A DNA stretch of 64,000 nucleotides from a virus, in the IMG/VR virus record IMGVR_UViG_3300022719_000152, positions 54,794 to 118,793 of that record. The stretch is one strand, 5' to 3'. Each line of letters opens with the position of its first letter. The stretch's first letter is position 1. Positions 18,974 to 28,469 of the stretch are shown here, one piece after another. The notes under the pieces are model-generated. The model did not search any database. It was given only the letters and a program-made list of their open reading frames with translations, and had not been told where the DNA came from. The position numbers were made by a program, and so were the translations under genes.

Positions 18974-20101
18974 TTACTCCTCTCCCTCTTTCGAGGCTTC
19001 GAAGATGAGAGCCACCACTTCCTTCTTGGCCCGACAAGGGTCAACCTTCTCTGGGTCGATCTCAAACTCCTCTTTGGCCAGGGTCTTTAGCTCGTCGAGC
19101 TTCATGCCCAACATCTCCTTTTCGGTGATCTCCTTGGGTTCTTCACCCTCGGGGTCTTCGCCCTCATCGTCGCCCTCTTCCTTCGGAGGATCGACTGCGG
19201 TGTCTGCGCTCTCACTGGGAGGTGGATTGGCCTGACCAGTGGCTTCAGCCAACTTCTGGTCTTCGGACGCAGTTTCTTGAGATAGGGTTTGATTTTCGGT
19301 GGTGGGGTCTCCGCCCCCTTCGTCACCGTCGTCTTCCTCCTCCTCACCTAGGTCCGACTCAGAGTCACCGCCTGGGGCCGCGTTCATGTCGTTGGAGCCA
19401 TCGACCAGGTCCTGCTGGAGCCCAGACTCGCGGAGCTCAAACTTCTCTGGCTCTTCGAGCTCAGGCTCTTCCGGACGTTGCTCCTTAACGGATTCCAAGA
19501 ACGCAGCAGCGGCCTCCTCAGCCTCTTCGCCTTCAGCGTTCTCGACAACCTCTTGGGCCCTTTCCATGGCCTCTTCCCACGCCTTCATGGCCACGTGGTA
19601 CCTGCGAAGGGGGGCTTCTGCGTTGGTCTGAGCCACCCACTGGCCGACTTCCTCCAAGAGCTCGCAGAGACTGTCGTAGGGGATGATGCGCTCTGACCGA
19701 GGGTCGCAGACCTCCAGAGAGCCTACTCGAACGTATTCGAGCAACCGCTCATGGTTCTCGGCGAAGTCACGAAGGTCGAGCTCCGTGAAGCGGCCACGAC
19801 CTTTCCTTCGGAGACGTAGGCCGTTGTCCAAGATCACACCTTGGCGACGGTGCCCTGCTCGAGCGGCGCGCATGGTCCGAGTGCGAGGACTACGTGCCAT
19901 GTGTCGGACCAACACATGGAGCATGGGTCGATTGGCGATCTCATCTCGGCGTTTGGCGTCAGCCTCGGCTGCGGCTGCGGCTTCCTCTTCTGCCTTGGCA
20001 GCAGCCTCCTCAGCCTCTTTGGCTTTGAGTGCCTCGAGCTGTTCCCGTTCCTCATCGGACATCGTGGGACTCTCGGCAGCGTCGTTCTTGTCTTCGGACA
20101 T
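18974..20101 (-). CDS. Acidic low-complexity protein with a C-terminal HeH/Rho-N-like helical motif
   Basis: AGGAG RBS before MSEDK. Ends MKLDELKTLAKEEF...KKEVVALIFE. Confidence 0.6.
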   Translation of the reverse strand: MSEDKNDAAESPTMSDEEREQLEALKAKEAEEAAAKAEEEAAAAAEADAKRRDEIANRPMLHVLVRHMARSPRTRTMRAARAGHRRQGVILDNGLRLRRKGRGRFTELDLRDFAENHERLLEYVRVGSLEVCDPRSERIIPYDSLCELLEEVGQWVAQTNAEAPLRRYHVAMKAWEEAMERAQEVVENAEGEEAEEAAAAFLESVKEQRPEEPELEEPEKFELRESGLQQDLVDGSNDMNAAPGGDSESDLGEEEEDDGDEGGGDPTTENQTLSQETASEDQKLAEATGQANPPPSESADTAVDPPKEEGDDEGEDPEGEEPKEITEKEMLGMKLDELKTLAKEEFEIDPEKVDPCRAKKEVVALIFEASKEGEE

Positions 20102-20113
20102 CTGGGGTCTCCT

Positions 20114-20157
20114 AAAATAAAGCCCCTGGGCTCGGACCGAAGCCCAGGCCCAGGGGC
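20114..20157 (-). terminator. Terminator after the major capsid gene
   Basis: Stem GCCCCTGGGC/GCCCAGGGGC followed on the minus strand by TTTATTTT. Confidence 0.7.
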
Positions 20158-20194
20158 CACTCAATTCACAACGAAAACAGCTAGAGAAGTGCTC

Positions 20195-21319
20195 TTAGAA
20201 CACTTGGACGTCGGGGAAGTGCAACCCGGCGTCAACCCGGTTGTTCTCCGCCCCGAGATCCTCCTCGGCTGCCGGCAACTTCGCCTCGAAGCCGGTGTCC
20301 GTCGCGGTCGGACGAACCGAACCACGATAGAGCTCCAGCTTCCGACAAGCTGCGATGTTGATGATCCCCATGCCGATGTCCTCCCAGGACTGCCAGGTGA
20401 TCACGTTCGCAATCTTGTCGATGTAGAACTTGGTGTTGTTCAGGATGTAGAACTTCCCGAAGAACTGAGGCGACGTGAAGACGTAGACATTCCCCGTGCG
20501 GAGGATGTCGGTCTTCACAGTACGAATCACCTTGCGTCCCAGCAGGGTGTTGTACTTGTAGCCGTCCACCACGGTCTCGGACTGAATCTTGTCACCCATG
20601 TCCTCGACGGTCCACTGAAGGACGTCGTCGTGGTCGGGCTCCGTGATCAGCACTCGCTCAGACCGCAACCGATTCCCATCGAGCAGCTTGAACAGGTTCA
20701 CGAAGTCCGGCCGTTGGATGGGCCGCACCAAGAAGTCCACACCGTCGGCGGCGAGAGCGAGCTCCCCCTTCACAACGCTCACCACCTGAGCATTGGGATC
20801 CAATGCGCGGATGTTGGTAGCGTTGTACTCCACCGTGGTCGTGGCGTTGGTCTCCGTCTGGAGAGCCTGGACCCCCGACTCGATGTGACGGGTGAACTCC
20901 CGGTCCTCGATCTCTTGGATGTCCTTGACGGAGTTGTCCTCGATGATCTTGGTGATCGGCATCTCGTAGGCCAAGAGCTCTTGCTCCGTCTTCTCGAACT
21001 TCTCCGAAGAGATCGTGAAGAACGGAACCTCTGCCTTCGGCCCGCGGATGAACCTCGCCGTGGGTTGGTCCCGGAAGGTGATAGCCATGGCGCGGCTTTG
21101 GGGCTCGACGTCCACGATCTTCACCAGGGTGTCATGGTTGACGGATCGCTGCGTGTCCGCCCGAGTGACTTGCTCGGGTGGTAGGACGTGTCGTGCATAT
21201 GACACCTCACGCAGACGGTCGCGGATCCAAGAACCACCCATCTCTGCGACCTTCTGCTTCCCTTCTTGGGAATCGAGGCGGGTGTTAAAAAGCTCAATGT
21301 TCGCTTGAACCAAACTCAT
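20195..21319 (-). CDS. Major capsid protein (HK97 fold, putative)
   Basis: 374 aa, strongly biased codons, AAGGAG RBS, followed by a terminator. Contains IRDRLREVSYARHVLPP...VKDIQEIEDREF and lies downstream of the protease/scaffold genes. Confidence 0.75.
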   Translation of the reverse strand: MSLVQANIELFNTRLDSQEGKQKVAEMGGSWIRDRLREVSYARHVLPPEQVTRADTQRSVNHDTLVKIVDVEPQSRAMAITFRDQPTARFIRGPKAEVPFFTISSEKFEKTEQELLAYEMPITKIIEDNSVKDIQEIEDREFTRHIESGVQALQTETNATTTVEYNATNIRALDPNAQVVSVVKGELALAADGVDFLVRPIQRPDFVNLFKLLDGNRLRSERVLITEPDHDDVLQWTVEDMGDKIQSETVVDGYKYNTLLGRKVIRTVKTDILRTGNVYVFTSPQFFGKFYILNNTKFYIDKIANVITWQSWEDIGMGIINIAACRKLELYRGSVRPTATDTGFEAKLPAAEEDLGAENNRVDAGLHFPDVQVF

Positions 21320-21343
21320 TTTCGAAAACTCCTTGTTCGAGTC

Positions 21344-21382
21344 TTAGTTTCTAGTTCCCTAGCTTCCTAGTTCCCTAGTCCC
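21344..21382. repeat. Short tandem repeat, 4 x CTAG(T/C)(T/C)(T/C)C plus a degenerate copy
   Basis: TTAGTTT CTAGTTCC CTAGCTTC CTAGTTCC CTAGTCCC in the capsid gene leader. Confidence 0.75.
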
Positions 21383-21387
21383 CGCTC

Positions 21388-21858
21388 TTACGGATTGCTC
21401 CGAACGAAGCGCAGAAAGCCACCATTATTCGCCGGCAGGCGAGTAACACGTCCGATTTCGTACCCCGCGGACAAGAGCCCGAGGCCACGACGGATGACAC
21501 CGCCGATGTCGAGATCGAAGACCGAGACCGCGGAACCCACCACCATGGAGGTGGAATCCATGATGAGGGTGTCCGCCTCGTACCCTCCCAGGTACAAGAA
21601 GGGACCCTTCTGGATCGCTTGGGTATCGTAGCGACCTCGCTCTGCGAAGTAGGCGTAGGACGGGACCGTAGCCTCGTCCGTCAGATTACCCGCGTTGTTT
21701 CCGCCGCGAGCCATCTTGTACGCCGTATCGAGCTGCAAGAACTCGCCCTCTACGAGGGGACGGACGTCATTGGGATTTAGGATTGCTGGAGCTGCGAGCT
21801 CAAACGGACGACGATGAATCGTCTGAAACTCGCTCACGAGCTTGAAGTTGATAGCCAT
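21388..21858 (-). CDS. Putative capsid decoration/cement protein
   Basis: Beta-rich 156-aa protein directly upstream of the capsid gene. GGAGG RBS. Confidence 0.55.
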   Translation of the reverse strand: MAINFKLVSEFQTIHRRPFELAAPAILNPNDVRPLVEGEFLQLDTAYKMARGGNNAGNLTDEATVPSYAYFAERGRYDTQAIQKGPFLYLGGYEADTLIMDSTSMVVGSAVSVFDLDIGGVIRRGLGLLSAGYEIGRVTRLPANNGGFLRFVRSNP

Positions 21859-21915
21859 TGGTAGATACCTCCAAAAAAGATTTCCGTTTAAGGGTTACTT
21901 GGCTGGCCTAGACCC

Positions 21916-22275
21916 TTACGACCCCCGAATGTCCTCGCCGGTTTGAATGAAGTGCACGAACGGGTCGGCACCACCGCCGGGTACGGCGTCGTCCGGATTG
22001 CCAAAGAAGTTGCCCTGGGGAGCCGCCATCTTGATGGCTTCCTCAGTTGCATCGAGGTTCTTGGCCTTCTTCAAACCCGCGATCTTCTGATTGAGATCCT
22101 TGTCTGAATCGAGGCCCTTCTCCTCCATCTGTTGTGCAATCTTGACCACACGCTCGTGGTGGGTCCGATCATTGAGCTCCTGTTGAAGCTCAGCGTTCTT
22201 TTCCACCAACGTCCGAATGGTTGCCCCCGCAGTCTTGAGGAGGGCAGCCGCATCGCTTGAACTTACCTTCTGCAT
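21916..22275 (-). CDS. Small coiled-coil scaffold-like protein with KxA sites
   Basis: AAAGGA RBS before MQKVSS. Contains LKTAG, VKIAQ, QKIAG and IKMAA. Confidence 0.6.
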   Translation of the reverse strand: MQKVSSSDAAALLKTAGATIRTLVEKNAELQQELNDRTHHERVVKIAQQMEEKGLDSDKDLNQKIAGLKKAKNLDATEEAIKMAAPQGNFFGNPDDAVPGGGADPFVHFIQTGEDIRGS

Positions 22276-22309
22276 TGCTGTCACTGTTCCTTTCGCCACT
22301 GGGGCAGGT

Positions 22310-23986
22310 TTAGGCCATGGGCATCGGAGGAGGAGAACCAGCGCCGGCCATGCCGCCGCCCATGGACATACCGCCCATGCCATCCTTCTCTTCAGGCCCA
22401 ACTCCCTCCGCCGGAGCTTCTGGCGGGACACCTTCAGCGCCTTCGGCTTCCGCCAGCATGAGTTCAGCCGCAGCCAACTCTTCTGGGGTCACCCCAGCCG
22501 CAGCAGCGTCAATGGCTTCATCGGACGGAGCGCCTTCTGCTCCTGCTGCTCCCTCTGCTTCTAGGGCCGCCTCAGGCGGGACCTCATCGTCAGGAGGAGC
22601 AGCGAGCTCGCCACCATTCGGAGGCACGCTCCCACCCGCTTCATCCATGGCACTCTTTGCCTTGGCTAGTTTTTCGGCGCCTTCAGGGGATCCCTGGAGA
22701 CGACGGAGGAGCTCCCTTGCCGCGGAGATCTTCACACCCGCACCGGAGGTGTTGTCCAACGACTGCTGGAGCACATTGTCATTGGCCGACGAGTGCGCCT
22801 TCTCAGAGAGAAGCTCGCCCATAGCCGACCGAGTATTTTGAGTCTTCGCCTGTTGCTTGGTCGCATTCATGGCCGCGTCATTCGAGTTGACCAGGTCACG
22901 ACCAACGCCCTCACCAGAGGAGGGGGCGCTGCTGCGAGGCGTGTTGCTCCCGGCTTCCGCACCCTGGGACAGTTGCGACGGTTGCCCAGCCTCAGACTGG
23001 AGAACCGGCGTTGTGCCCGCAGAGATGGTCGCTGGGAACAGCGCGTCCTCAGCCTCTTTCTTGAGGCCGAGATGACGAGTGATGAGAGCCTTGGCTTCCT
23101 TCTCGGGGTACCCCGAGTCCATGGCTTCCTTGAGCAGCGCACTGGCTTGCTTCAGGGTCTCCCCGGAAACAGTCTCGGCACCAGGCTTGGCCTGGTCTTG
23201 TGCTGCCACAGTGGCTTTCGCCTTCGCTTTGAGCTCTGCTGGCAGCGCCTGCATCTCTGCTGCTCGCTTCTGGATCATGACCAGGCCGGTATTGGCGGAG
23301 ATCTTACCCTCCTTCACCATGGTCTGGATTTGGTGAGCTTCCTTAGTGAGCTGCGCGGCAGTCTTCTGAGTGCCAGTGCTCTGATCCCCACCGGGTTGCT
23401 TCAGGAGAGTGTCCGGCTGCTCGGCCATCATCATCTCCTTGTTGCTCTCCAAGGCTCCGCTCGAAGAGTCACTGGGGAAGGTGTTCTCGGAAGGACCCAC
23501 CGACTTGGGCGATTGGTGCGCCGGCATAGCGTCACCGCTCTGGCCAGCTTCCATGACCCCATCACCCTGAGCGTTGTTCGGCTCAGAGGGAACGGCATTC
23601 GAGCCGCCTACGCCAGTGCCCCCGCTCTCAGGAGTCACCGTTTTGGGAGACACAGAATCTGAGTTAGCCTCCTGAATCTGGTGCTGCTTGTCCTGAGGCT
23701 GATCACTGAGGTCGGCCGCCCTCTTCAACATGGCGCTGCTGATCGCCTCGAACTCCGCCAACTTCTCTTGGGGAGAGCGAGTGTCGTTGACCATGTGAAT
23801 GTTCTTGGCCAGGTGGTCACAGGCGTCTGCGATCTTGAGAAACTCTTCGTTCGTGCCGGCGAGCTTCTGCTTTTTAGGGGGTGTTGAACCGGCGGGCGCA
23901 GCAGTCTTGTTCATTCCCGTGTCTTTCAACTGGGAATGAGAGTCTTCCAGCACCTGCGATACCATTTCGTAAACGGTGACAGTCAT
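22310..23986 (-). CDS. Scaffold/core-like low-complexity protein rich in KxA sites
   Basis: AAGGAG RBS. More than 10 K-x-A/S sites; largely disordered or helical. Confidence 0.65.
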   Translation of the reverse strand: MTVTVYEMVSQVLEDSHSQLKDTGMNKTAAPAGSTPPKKQKLAGTNEEFLKIADACDHLAKNIHMVNDTRSPQEKLAEFEAISSAMLKRAADLSDQPQDKQHQIQEANSDSVSPKTVTPESGGTGVGGSNAVPSEPNNAQGDGVMEAGQSGDAMPAHQSPKSVGPSENTFPSDSSSGALESNKEMMMAEQPDTLLKQPGGDQSTGTQKTAAQLTKEAHQIQTMVKEGKISANTGLVMIQKRAAEMQALPAELKAKAKATVAAQDQAKPGAETVSGETLKQASALLKEAMDSGYPEKEAKALITRHLGLKKEAEDALFPATISAGTTPVLQSEAGQPSQLSQGAEAGSNTPRSSAPSSGEGVGRDLVNSNDAAMNATKQQAKTQNTRSAMGELLSEKAHSSANDNVLQQSLDNTSGAGVKISAARELLRRLQGSPEGAEKLAKAKSAMDEAGGSVPPNGGELAAPPDDEVPPEAALEAEGAAGAEGAPSDEAIDAAAAGVTPEELAAAELMLAEAEGAEGVPPEAPAEGVGPEEKDGMGGMSMGGGMAGAGSPPPMPMA

Positions 23987-23996
23987 TGAGGTCTCC

Positions 23997-24275
23997 TTAG
24001 GATCTCACGGGCGGCGGAGGTACTGCCTTTGACGTCTGAGTCGTCAAAGAGAACGCCGCCGACGGCGGTTTGTTATGGACCATTGTGTAATTCTGAGCCT
24101 TCGCCTCTTCCTTCAGGGGACTGGGAGGCGTGGTCCCGCGAGATGTTCCGCCCGCGATGTTCGTGCCTTTGTAGCTGGACTTAGTCTCGGCAACATTGGA
24201 AGCATCGCTTCCTGTGCCCAGGTTTGCCAGCTTGGCAAGTTCATCAACGAACGAAATCATCTCTACGGAACCCAT
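23997..24275 (-). CDS. Small protein with an SFVDELAKLA leader
   Basis: Probable start MGSVEM, followed by the shared leader motif. Confidence 0.55.
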   Translation of the reverse strand: MGSVEMISFVDELAKLANLGTGSDASNVAETKSSYKGTNIAGGTSRGTTPPSPLKEEAKAQNYTMVHNKPPSAAFSLTTQTSKAVPPPPVRS

Positions 24276-24285
24276 CGACTCAGTC

Positions 24286-24999
24286 TTACTCCAGGTACCC
24301 GCTCTCCTTGAGCAACTCGATACCCCGGGCCTCAACTGCGGCAGCCAACTTGGCTTCCAGCTCCTGGTCAGACGCTTCGGGCGCCTGTTGCTGCGTCTCG
24401 ATGCCAGCTTCTGCTAGCTTCGCCAGCGCCCACTCCGTCGCCATCTGATCGAGAGCAGACATTTGCTTCTCAGCCGCTGCGCCCTTCTCGATGCCAACAT
24501 TGGCCCGGAGCTGAGAGATCAAGTCGTTCTGTGCAGACGCGGTCTTCTCAGCCGCAGCAGGAGCTCCCATGGGAGCGAGGTGGTCGGAGAACCCCTTGTC
24601 TTGAGCAGTCTTGCGAATGCTCCCGAGCTCTTGCCACATCGAGTGAGCCATCACACGGCCGGCGCGGTCTGCCGCTGCCATCTTCTCCGCTTCTGACTCA
24701 CCCTCCTCCTTCTTCTCTTCTTTCTTCTCTTCCTTCTTCTCTTCCTTCTTCTCCTTGAGCTCAGGCGGCATCTCACCACCCATCGCTTCCTTCACGATGG
24801 CGGAGTCGTTGCCCCAGAAGTGGTGGGCCAACTTCACGACGTCATCGCCGCTCAACTTGTCCACGTCCACTCCCTCTGCCTGCATTACGTTGCCCAGCAT
24901 GTGAGCCTCGGCGAGTTTCTCAACGTCGCTTTGGCTGGAAGAGGTACCAATCTCTTGATTGGTGTTGAAGATCTTAGTCAGGAAAGGATCCATACTCAT
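24286..24999 (-). CDS. Scaffold-like acidic protein with KxA sites and (KEEK)n repeat
   Basis: AGGAG RBS. Contains VEKLAE, VKLAH, VKEAM, EKMAA, RKTAQ and EKTAS. Confidence 0.65.
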   Translation of the reverse strand: MSMDPFLTKIFNTNQEIGTSSSQSDVEKLAEAHMLGNVMQAEGVDVDKLSGDDVVKLAHHFWGNDSAIVKEAMGGEMPPELKEKKEEKKEEKKEEKKEEGESEAEKMAAADRAGRVMAHSMWQELGSIRKTAQDKGFSDHLAPMGAPAAAEKTASAQNDLISQLRANVGIEKGAAAEKQMSALDQMATEWALAKLAEAGIETQQQAPEASDQELEAKLAAAVEARGIELLKESGYLE

Positions 25000-25104
25000 G
25001 TTCTCTTTCTCCTAAAAATGGTGAGGTGACTACCTCGTTGGATGTTTCCTCCAAGTTCCACGCTGGCACCTCTGCAAGGATGAGGTTCCTCTCATGCCTA
25101 CGAT

Positions 25105-28100
25105 CTAAGCAGGAAGAATGACTTCTGGTGGCCCCTTGCCCGTCCACACTTTGTGGCCTGCGACAAGAAGGTCGTCGAACAATTCCTTGGACCGAGGATG
25201 CTTCATCAACTCCCTCAGTCCGGCGCCCACCCCCATGGTGGTTAGCCACGGATGCTCCGCGACGAAACTCCTGAGCGCTCCCATCTCTTCCCCTCGGCGT
25301 TGTTTGCCTTGGAGATGTGCTGAATACATCATTGTGATGGGAATGGCTCCGAGCACGACTGCTAGCGTCCGTGGGTCTACCGTTCCAGAAGAGGCGGTTT
25401 TTCCGAACGAGTCCTCCAGCGATGCGCCGTGAAGCGCTACGTGAAGTTTTGGATTGTTCGGCACTGCCCATGCTGCGTCTCCGGCGAGCTTCATTTGCTC
25501 TCGACGGTACCAAGTGTACGCCGCTGAGACCTTGGACAGAAGAGGTGAATTGACTTCCTTGCGGGGCGTCCGAGGGGCCGGCGCTGCAATGGTGATGCGC
25601 ACAATTCGGCGCTTCAGAGGCGGGCCGAAGTAGGACTTGTCCCGCAAAAAGGGCAAGAGCTTGTCCAACAAGCCTTCGAGGCTGTGATCTAAGCTCAGAG
25701 GGCTGCACGGAGCACACTCCCCATCCACGGGCTTGAATACAGCACTGTCATTGTCCAATGAATCTGCAAGGTCCGTCTTTCCCATCGCCGCCAGCGCGAT
25801 CCGTTGGAATTCCTCTGGTTTCAACACCATCCCCATGGATGTAGGTGTCGCCAAAGCACCCTCGAGACCGCAATCTCCCATCTCGTTCAAGAGCTCGGGA
25901 GGTAGAGACGGCTCAGACTCAGACAGTGCAGGGGCCACTCGACCCACTGCCTTATCTGGGCCCACCCGCTTTATTATGTCAGCCCACTTGAGGTGGGAAG
26001 CGATTTTATCGTCCGAGGCCATCTTCAGGAGATCTATGGCAGTAGGAACCCTCGGAGCGGAGGCTTGCTTGGCCTTCTCGGAGCTCCCCATACCTGACCC
26101 GGTCACCTCTGCGCGAATGTGGTCCTTACCGTCCTCGCCCTTGTTCTTCCATACCCTCTGCCGCCGGCGGGCATCTTGATTCTGGGCACTGGTGAAGAGG
26201 TCCTCCAACTGAAGGTCCACGTTGCCGGGCTGAGTGTCGATGAACGCTACCTTCTCCTTGTGGAATTGCTTCTTCATGAGGCCCTTCTTGAACATGTCGA
26301 AGGTCATCGTGGTAACAGAGCGGAGGTAGTCTGCTTTGTCATAGTGTGCCAGGTAGGCGTTCGTAGCCTGCTCAATCGACTTGAATCCAACCATCACCTT
26401 GTCTTCGTCATGCTCTCCCTTGTTAGGGCCTCGAACGAAGTTCTGGTGGATGATGTAGACGTTCGGTGCATCGAAGTATGGCCCAACATACACATCGAGA
26501 GGGTCGCCGTCGGTACCCTCACTCTTCTGAAACTCCCCGTAGGGAATATGCATCTTGGTCTGCCAACCTCTGCCTGTACGATATGTACCCGGGGCGTTCT
26601 CCACATTGATGGTGAGTCCACGGAACTTGATGGTGCCGACGAAAGGAAAATCGGGGCGGTTGGGCTGTGGTGGAGGGCCAATCTTGATCTTCTTGGCGTC
26701 CTTCCAGACCTTGGGCAAGTTCGCTTTGGCAGTGTAGAACCGCATGACCTTACTTCGCTGGCTGGCACCTAGCTTAGCGAGGTTCGCATCCTCTGCAGGC
26801 CGCTTGCGCACATTGTCCGGCATCGACGACTGAACAGGAATCTTCCTCTCTGTCTCCTTGATGACCGTCTTCGGGTTCTCATCTGGGTTGGAGTGGACGT
26901 CGATGTTGTCTGTCTCGGTCATGCCCAACTTTGCTTGCTCACTCACCCGCTCGCGTGGGTTGACCATGTAGTCTTCACTCAGCCTAGAGCTGGGCTCGTA
27001 TTTCTCAGGATGTCGAAGGTCTACCACGTCGGGGCCAGCGGTCTTAGGCTCGTGGTCTGGAGCATACTCCTCATTGTCATCAGTACCCCGACCCATGCGG
27101 TCGTTGGTCTTCAGAGGCCCATGAACATCATCTCCTAGCCGGCGGTCAGTCTGTGGATCCTCTTTGCTCATGAGGAGCTTCCCATCGCCCGGGATGTCCA
27201 GATTTGAAAAGCTGACCTGGTCAGGTTTTTTGTCCGGCCGCTGAGACAGAAACTCTTCCTGGTCTGAGGCTCTGTTGACGTCATCCCCTGCCAAGTAGGC
27301 CCCACCTACTCCCGCTCCAGTGTGGAGATTGACGTTGGCCATCTTGTTTTTGGATGTCTGTGATGGCTCAGTGAGAGCACCGATATTGACGTCCTCTCGT
27401 TCTGTCTCTCGCTGGAGCTGCTCCTTGTTAGGCTTGTACTTGGTGCCCCCCACATAGAGGAACTCTGGACCATCTCCATCGATGCTGAGCTTCAAGCCTC
27501 GGCTAGAACCCCAACCCCCCAACCTGTTCATGGTCTCCAAGAGAACATCGATACGCTTGATGACGTCTGGGTGCCCCTCTACTTCGTAGGTTCGCTTTTC
27601 CCCACCCTGAGCCTTAGCGACCTTCTCCATGCTCGACGACTTCACAACACCGTCATCATTGCTGGAGATCCCGTAGACCAGTTCGGCATCCATCACCGAT
27701 TGAGGAACCACAACACCAGAGGCCAGCTTGCACATCATCTTGGCGGTCTTGTCGGCGCCGATGAAGACAAAGCTGATATCGAAGAACCGTGGGTGGTAGT
27801 TAACGACGCCTACTCGGCGGCCGTCTTCAAGAATGCGGCCCATGCCTAACTGAGTGATGCAACAACAGTAGTCTTTGGTGGTTCTAGATTTGTGACCGCA
27901 ACAGGTGCAGACGTCATACGGAACTTTGCAGCCCATCGATACATCACAGTATTCACCTGCATCAATCTTATCTACTACGTGCTGGGCTCCGTGCTGTGAA
28001 GCAAGCTCGCGGTCAAGGATAACGACAAGCTCCACTCTTCGCATCTTCGCATTCCAGACGGCGACAACGACTTCCCCGAATGCTCTGGAAGGATCTTTAT

Positions 28101-28458
28101 TCTTGTGGTGGACGAAGGGGTGGGCATCAAGGAACGTCTTGTGTCCATAGGGCGGAACGGTCTTCCCCGTGAAGTCATCCATGGGGTAATGGCCATTGAA
28201 CGTGAGGTGATTGTGGACGAGAGAGGATTCCGGGAAGACATCTCCGTTGACATTCTGCCCCCAATACTCTGAAGCGCCGAGAGCATTGACCAGAATGGGT
28301 ATCTTGCCTTCAACTGGTTTGTACTCGCTGAGCCACTTTTGGACATCGGGTAGCATGGTTCCTGCTACCTTCGTGATCTGGTCCCCGGGATGAAAGACTC
28401 GAGTGAGGGGCTCCCCTCCCTTCGAGACACCCTGGAATGTGGCTAGTTTAATAAGCAT
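25105..28458 (-). CDS. Prohead (maturation) protease with large insertions and extensions
   Basis: N-terminal domain has NVNGDVFP, HPFVHHKN, DVSMGC and FFDISFVFIGAD, an HK97/herpes-like Ser protease pattern. An internal PPase-like domain follows. Confidence 0.7.
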   Translation of the reverse strand: MLIKLATFQGVSKGGEPLTRVFHPGDQITKVAGTMLPDVQKWLSEYKPVEGKIPILVNALGASEYWGQNVNGDVFPESSLVHNHLTFNGHYPMDDFTGKTVPPYGHKTFLDAHPFVHHKNKDPSRAFGEVVVAVWNAKMRRVELVVILDRELASQHGAQHVVDKIDAGEYCDVSMGCKVPYDVCTCCGHKSRTTKDYCCCITQLGMGRILEDGRRVGVVNYHPRFFDISFVFIGADKTAKMMCKLASGVVVPQSVMDAELVYGISSNDDGVVKSSSMEKVAKAQGGEKRTYEVEGHPDVIKRIDVLLETMNRLGGWGSSRGLKLSIDGDGPEFLYVGGTKYKPNKEQLQRETEREDVNIGALTEPSQTSKNKMANVNLHTGAGVGGAYLAGDDVNRASDQEEFLSQRPDKKPDQVSFSNLDIPGDGKLLMSKEDPQTDRRLGDDVHGPLKTNDRMGRGTDDNEEYAPDHEPKTAGPDVVDLRHPEKYEPSSRLSEDYMVNPRERVSEQAKLGMTETDNIDVHSNPDENPKTVIKETERKIPVQSSMPDNVRKRPAEDANLAKLGASQRSKVMRFYTAKANLPKVWKDAKKIKIGPPPQPNRPDFPFVGTIKFRGLTINVENAPGTYRTGRGWQTKMHIPYGEFQKSEGTDGDPLDVYVGPYFDAPNVYIIHQNFVRGPNKGEHDEDKVMVGFKSIEQATNAYLAHYDKADYLRSVTTMTFDMFKKGLMKKQFHKEKVAFIDTQPGNVDLQLEDLFTSAQNQDARRRQRVWKNKGEDGKDHIRAEVTGSGMGSSEKAKQASAPRVPTAIDLLKMASDDKIASHLKWADIIKRVGPDKAVGRVAPALSESEPSLPPELLNEMGDCGLEGALATPTSMGMVLKPEEFQRIALAAMGKTDLADSLDNDSAVFKPVDGECAPCSPLSLDHSLEGLLDKLLPFLRDKSYFGPPLKRRIVRITIAAPAPRTPRKEVNSPLLSKVSAAYTWYRREQMKLAGDAAWAVPNNPKLHVALHGASLEDSFGKTASSGTVDPRTLAVVLGAIPITMMYSAHLQGKQRRGEEMGALRSFVAEHPWLTTMGVGAGLRELMKHPRSKELFDDLLVAGHKVWTGKGPPEVILPA

Positions 28459-28469
28459 TCGAACTCAGA

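Noticed and set aside
19841-21184. 447-aa plus-strand ORF
   Set aside because: Antisense shadow of the strongly codon-biased capsid gene, with no RBS or motifs.
21344-21382. Possible CRISPR array
   Set aside because: The units are 8 bp with no spacers. No CRISPR-like repeat-spacer array or cas gene was seen anywhere in the window.
24706-24756. (KEEK)n purine-rich coding repeat
   Set aside because: Ordinary low-complexity linker in a scaffold-like protein.
24974-25717. 247-aa minus-strand ORF overlapping the protease C-terminus
   Set aside because: Alternative-frame, Arg/Ser-rich shadow ORF with no motif.
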